From contig CAMWME010000007.1 of NCBI GenBank assembly GCA_947175325.1, forward strand, positions 6,657-70,656: 64,000 bases of DNA. Reading direction: 5' to 3'. The notes under the pieces are model-generated. The model had not been told where the DNA came from, made no database searches, and was given only the letters and a program-made list of their open reading frames with translations. This DNA comes from an uncultured Clostridia bacterium. Its GTDB lineage: Bacteria > Bacillota > Clostridia > Christensenellales > Borkfalkiaceae. Below are positions 61,518-64,000 of this stretch, piece by piece. Each line of letters starts with the position of its first letter. Positions within the stretch are counted from its first letter, which is position 1. The position numbers and the translations under genes are program-made.

Positions 61518-62642
61518 ATGAGAAAGTATAGAATAAGAGTCGGTTTAGACGTAGACGATACGCTGTATGAATGCAATTCTTACGCCGTATCTATTATAAA
61601 TAATAGATACCCCAACGACGAACCCGTCAAATTAGAGGATATAAAGTGTTGGGGCGCCAGCGGCAGACACTCGGAAGAGCGCATTCAGCTTTATTCCGAT
61701 CCGGAGTTCGTTCGCACCCAGCCCATAACCGAGGGCGCGCAAGAATTCGTTAAAAAACTTTCGGAAATTGCCGACGTTTTCTTCGTCACCGCCGTCCCCG
61801 CTTGCTGCATGAGCGCAAGGGCGGAGCGCTTAATTAAGGACTTTCCGGAGATTCCCGCGAACAATATTATACTCGGTACGCGCAAGGACATAATATCTTT
61901 AGATATTATGTTGGATGACGGCGCGCACAATATTTCAAGCTCGCGCGCGGCTTATCCGGTACTTTTCCGCAAGCCTTGGAACACTGGGCTTTCGGGTCTT
62001 TTGTCCGTAAACAGCTACGACGACTTTTTGCACTTCTGCGAAATGGTGCGAAATTCCTTCTCCGAAAAATTCCCCGTTTTAAAAAACGGCGGCGTTCTCT
62101 GTCTGGTAGGCCCTTCGGGCACTTCTAAAACCGAAATCGCAAACGAGTTGACGAAAAGAGAGGGTTTCAAAAAACCGCTCACTTCAACCACCCGTCCCCG
62201 CCGTAACACCGAAAACGAGGATGCGTATCGCTTTATCAGCGAGGAGCAGTTTATCCGCGAAATGAAGGCGGGAGATTACATTGAAACGACCGTTTATAGC
62301 GGATATCACTTCGGCACCTCCGAAAAAGATATTTCGCCCATCGTCGAAAGCGGCGGCGTAGCAGTTATCCCCATCGACATCTGCGGCGCGATTACGCTTA
62401 AAAATCTGTACCGTGAGCGCGCAATGCTCGTGTTCACGCACAGAGAGCGCGAGGACGCAATAAAAAGCATTATAGATAGAGACATAGATATTGACGACAA
62501 AACGCGGCGCATTATGTCGCTTGACTTCGAATATCGCAACAGTGAAGTCTGCGACGCGGCTATTGCCGTGGGCGACGACGTTACCGAAGCCGTAGAGAAA
62601 ATAGTAAATTTAGTGGAGCAACGAGGCACTTATGAATTATGA
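61518..62642 (+). CDS. Fusion protein: HAD-type 5'(3')-deoxyribonucleotidase-like N-domain plus guanylate-kinase-like C-domain
   Basis: The N-domain has GLDVDDTL (DxDxT), FFVTAVP and MLDDGAHN. The C-domain has GPSGTSKT (62109-62132), TSTTRPRR...E.EDAYRFIS...F and Y.GYHFGTS, the guanylate kinase pattern. Confidence 0.7.
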   Translation: MRKYRIRVGLDVDDTLYECNSYAVSIINNRYPNDEPVKLEDIKCWGASGRHSEERIQLYSDPEFVRTQPITEGAQEFVKKLSEIADVFFVTAVPACCMSARAERLIKDFPEIPANNIILGTRKDIISLDIMLDDGAHNISSSRAAYPVLFRKPWNTGLSGLLSVNSYDDFLHFCEMVRNSFSEKFPVLKNGGVLCLVGPSGTSKTEIANELTKREGFKKPLTSTTRPRRNTENEDAYRFISEEQFIREMKAGDYIETTVYSGYHFGTSEKDISPIVESGGVAVIPIDICGAITLKNLYRERAMLVFTHREREDAIKSIIDRDIDIDDKTRRIMSLDFEYRNSEVCDAAIAVGDDVTEAVEKIVNLVEQRGTYEL

Positions 62643-63996
62643 CGTTATTATTATAGGCGCTGGCCCGGGCGGAATTTTCTCCGCATACGAGCTGAGGAAC
62701 AGCGGGCTGAAAGTGGCAGTGTTTGAAGAAGGCAACGAGCTTTCCAAGCGCAAGTGCCCTATTGACGGCGTAAAGGTTAAATCTTGCATAAGCTGTAAAA
62801 CTTGCTCGATTATGTCGGGCTTCGGCGGCGCGGGCGCCTTTTCGGACGGAAAATACAACATTACCAACGACTTCGGCGGAAGCCTTTACGAGCATATCGG
62901 CAAAAAGACGGCGTTGGAGCTTATGGAGTACGTTGATAAAATCAACGTAGCGCACGGCGGCGAAAATACGAAGCTGTACACTACGGCGGGTACTCACTTC
63001 CATAAGGTCTGCACGCAGAACAAGCTGAACCTTTTAAACGCGCGTGTGCGCCATTTGGGTACGGATATAAATTATACCGTGCTTACGAATATCTTTGCCG
63101 AGCTCAAAGACAAGGTTGACTTCTTCTTCAATACGCACGTTAGCGATATTAAAAAGACGGCTAACGGCTTTGAAGTTGTGGCGGATAAAAGCTATTCGTG
63201 CAAGTATTGCATAGTGTCCGCCGGCAGAAGCGGCAGTAAGTGGATGGAGGGGATTTGCAAAAAGCTTGGCATCACGACCCACTCTAACCGCGTGGATATC
63301 GGCGTGCGCGTGGAACTGAACGCAGAAATTTTTGAACACATTACCGACGAGCTGTACGAAAGCAAGATAGTGTACACCACCGAAAAGTACGAGGACAAGG
63401 TACGCACCTTCTGTATGAACCCGCACGGAATAGTGGTAAACGAAAATACGAACGGAATTATAACCGTAAACGGGCACAGCTTCGAGGACGAGAGCCGCAA
63501 GACGAACAATACAAACTTTGCGCTACTCGTATCCAAGCACTTTTCCGAGCCTTTCAAGGACAGTAACGGCTACGGCGAGAGCATTGCAAAGCTTTCTAAT
63601 ATGCTCGGCGACGGCGTAATCGTTCAGCGCTTCGGCGATTTGGTAAGAGGTAGGCGCAGTACGCAAAAGAGGCTTGACGAAAACCTCGTCGTGCCTACGC
63701 TCAGCGCAACCCCCGGTGATTTAAGCCTTATACTTCCCAAGCGCATACTTGACGGAATTATCGAAATGATTTACGCCCTCGACAAGGTTGCGACGGGTAC
63801 GGCAAACGACGAAACGCTTTTGTACGGCGTAGAGGTTAAGTTCTACAATATGGAAGTGGAAACGGACGAAAACCTTGAAACGCTGCACAACGGACTGTAT
63901 TTTATCGGCGACGGCAGCGGCGTTACGCATTCACTTTCGCACGCCTCCGCAAGCGGAGTACACGTAGCAAGGCACATTCTTTCTAAGCTTAGCTAA
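62632..63996 (+). CDS. FAD-dependent oxidoreductase (uncharacterized dehydrogenase family)
   Basis: YDVIIIGAGPGGIFSAYEL dinucleotide-binding motif. The C-terminal GLYFIGDGSG motif is typical of this conserved family. 11-nt overlap with the upstream gene. Confidence 0.75.
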   Translation: MNYDVIIIGAGPGGIFSAYELRNSGLKVAVFEEGNELSKRKCPIDGVKVKSCISCKTCSIMSGFGGAGAFSDGKYNITNDFGGSLYEHIGKKTALELMEYVDKINVAHGGENTKLYTTAGTHFHKVCTQNKLNLLNARVRHLGTDINYTVLTNIFAELKDKVDFFFNTHVSDIKKTANGFEVVADKSYSCKYCIVSAGRSGSKWMEGICKKLGITTHSNRVDIGVRVELNAEIFEHITDELYESKIVYTTEKYEDKVRTFCMNPHGIVVNENTNGIITVNGHSFEDESRKTNNTNFALLVSKHFSEPFKDSNGYGESIAKLSNMLGDGVIVQRFGDLVRGRRSTQKRLDENLVVPTLSATPGDLSLILPKRILDGIIEMIYALDKVATGTANDETLLYGVEVKFYNMEVETDENLETLHNGLYFIGDGSGVTHSLSHASASGVHVARHILSKLS

Positions 63997-64000
63997 CGAC

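Noticed and set aside
1-64000. CRISPR arrays, tRNA or rRNA genes, IS elements, toxin-antitoxin pairs and recognisable defence systems.
   Set aside because: I noticed no regularly spaced direct repeats, cloverleaf-like intergenic sequences, transposase-like ORFs or defence-associated domains in the intergenic regions or ORF translations. A manual scan cannot exclude short or degenerate elements.

Overview
The window looks like chromosome from a spore-forming Clostridia-type Firmicute with mid-range GC. This rests on a spoVAC/AD/AE-yunB cluster, pheST behind a T-box, pth-mfd, and a Bacillus-type long SRP RNA. All calls come from reading the supplied ORF translations and the DNA by eye; no search or folding tool was run.

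There are three blocks:

1. **1-16.7 kb: split spoVAD.** The spoVA operon is interrupted inside spoVAD by a 13,474-bp element (about 2402-15877).
   - The element ends in a large serine recombinase gene and is bounded by a shared CCCGCCG core.
   - Deleting it restores an in-frame 331-codon spoVAD.
   - Its cargo is not phage-like. It carries hexosamine genes (an LbH acyltransferase, glmM, glmS), a CapD-like dehydratase, a Wzy/O-antigen-ligase-like protein, and a complete GDP-D-glycero-alpha-D-manno-heptose pathway (hddA, hddC-gmhB fusion, gmhA).
   - spoVA is a forespore gene, whereas the classical sporulation intervening elements sit in mother-cell genes. This is the most interesting feature of the window.
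2. **16.7-38.3 kb: housekeeping genes.** These are yunB, pheST, two-subunit class I fumarate hydratase, rlmH, tadA, prs, pth, mfd, uppP, an ABC-2 exporter, ffs and an Mrp-type ATPase.
3. **38.4-62.6 kb: nucleic-acid scavenging and salvage neighbourhood.**
   - Forward strand: deoC-deoD-deoB-cdd, a 5'-nucleotidase lipoprotein, pdp, tdk, a secreted endonuclease-I-family nuclease, a sugar-type (CUT1-like) ABC importer, an SNase-plus-OB lipoprotein, and a 977-aa OB-repeat lipoprotein.
   - Converging on it: surE, two NrnA-like DHH phosphoesterases, and a deoxyribonucleotidase/guanylate-kinase-like fusion.

No CRISPR array, tRNA, rRNA, IS element or phage structural gene was recognised.
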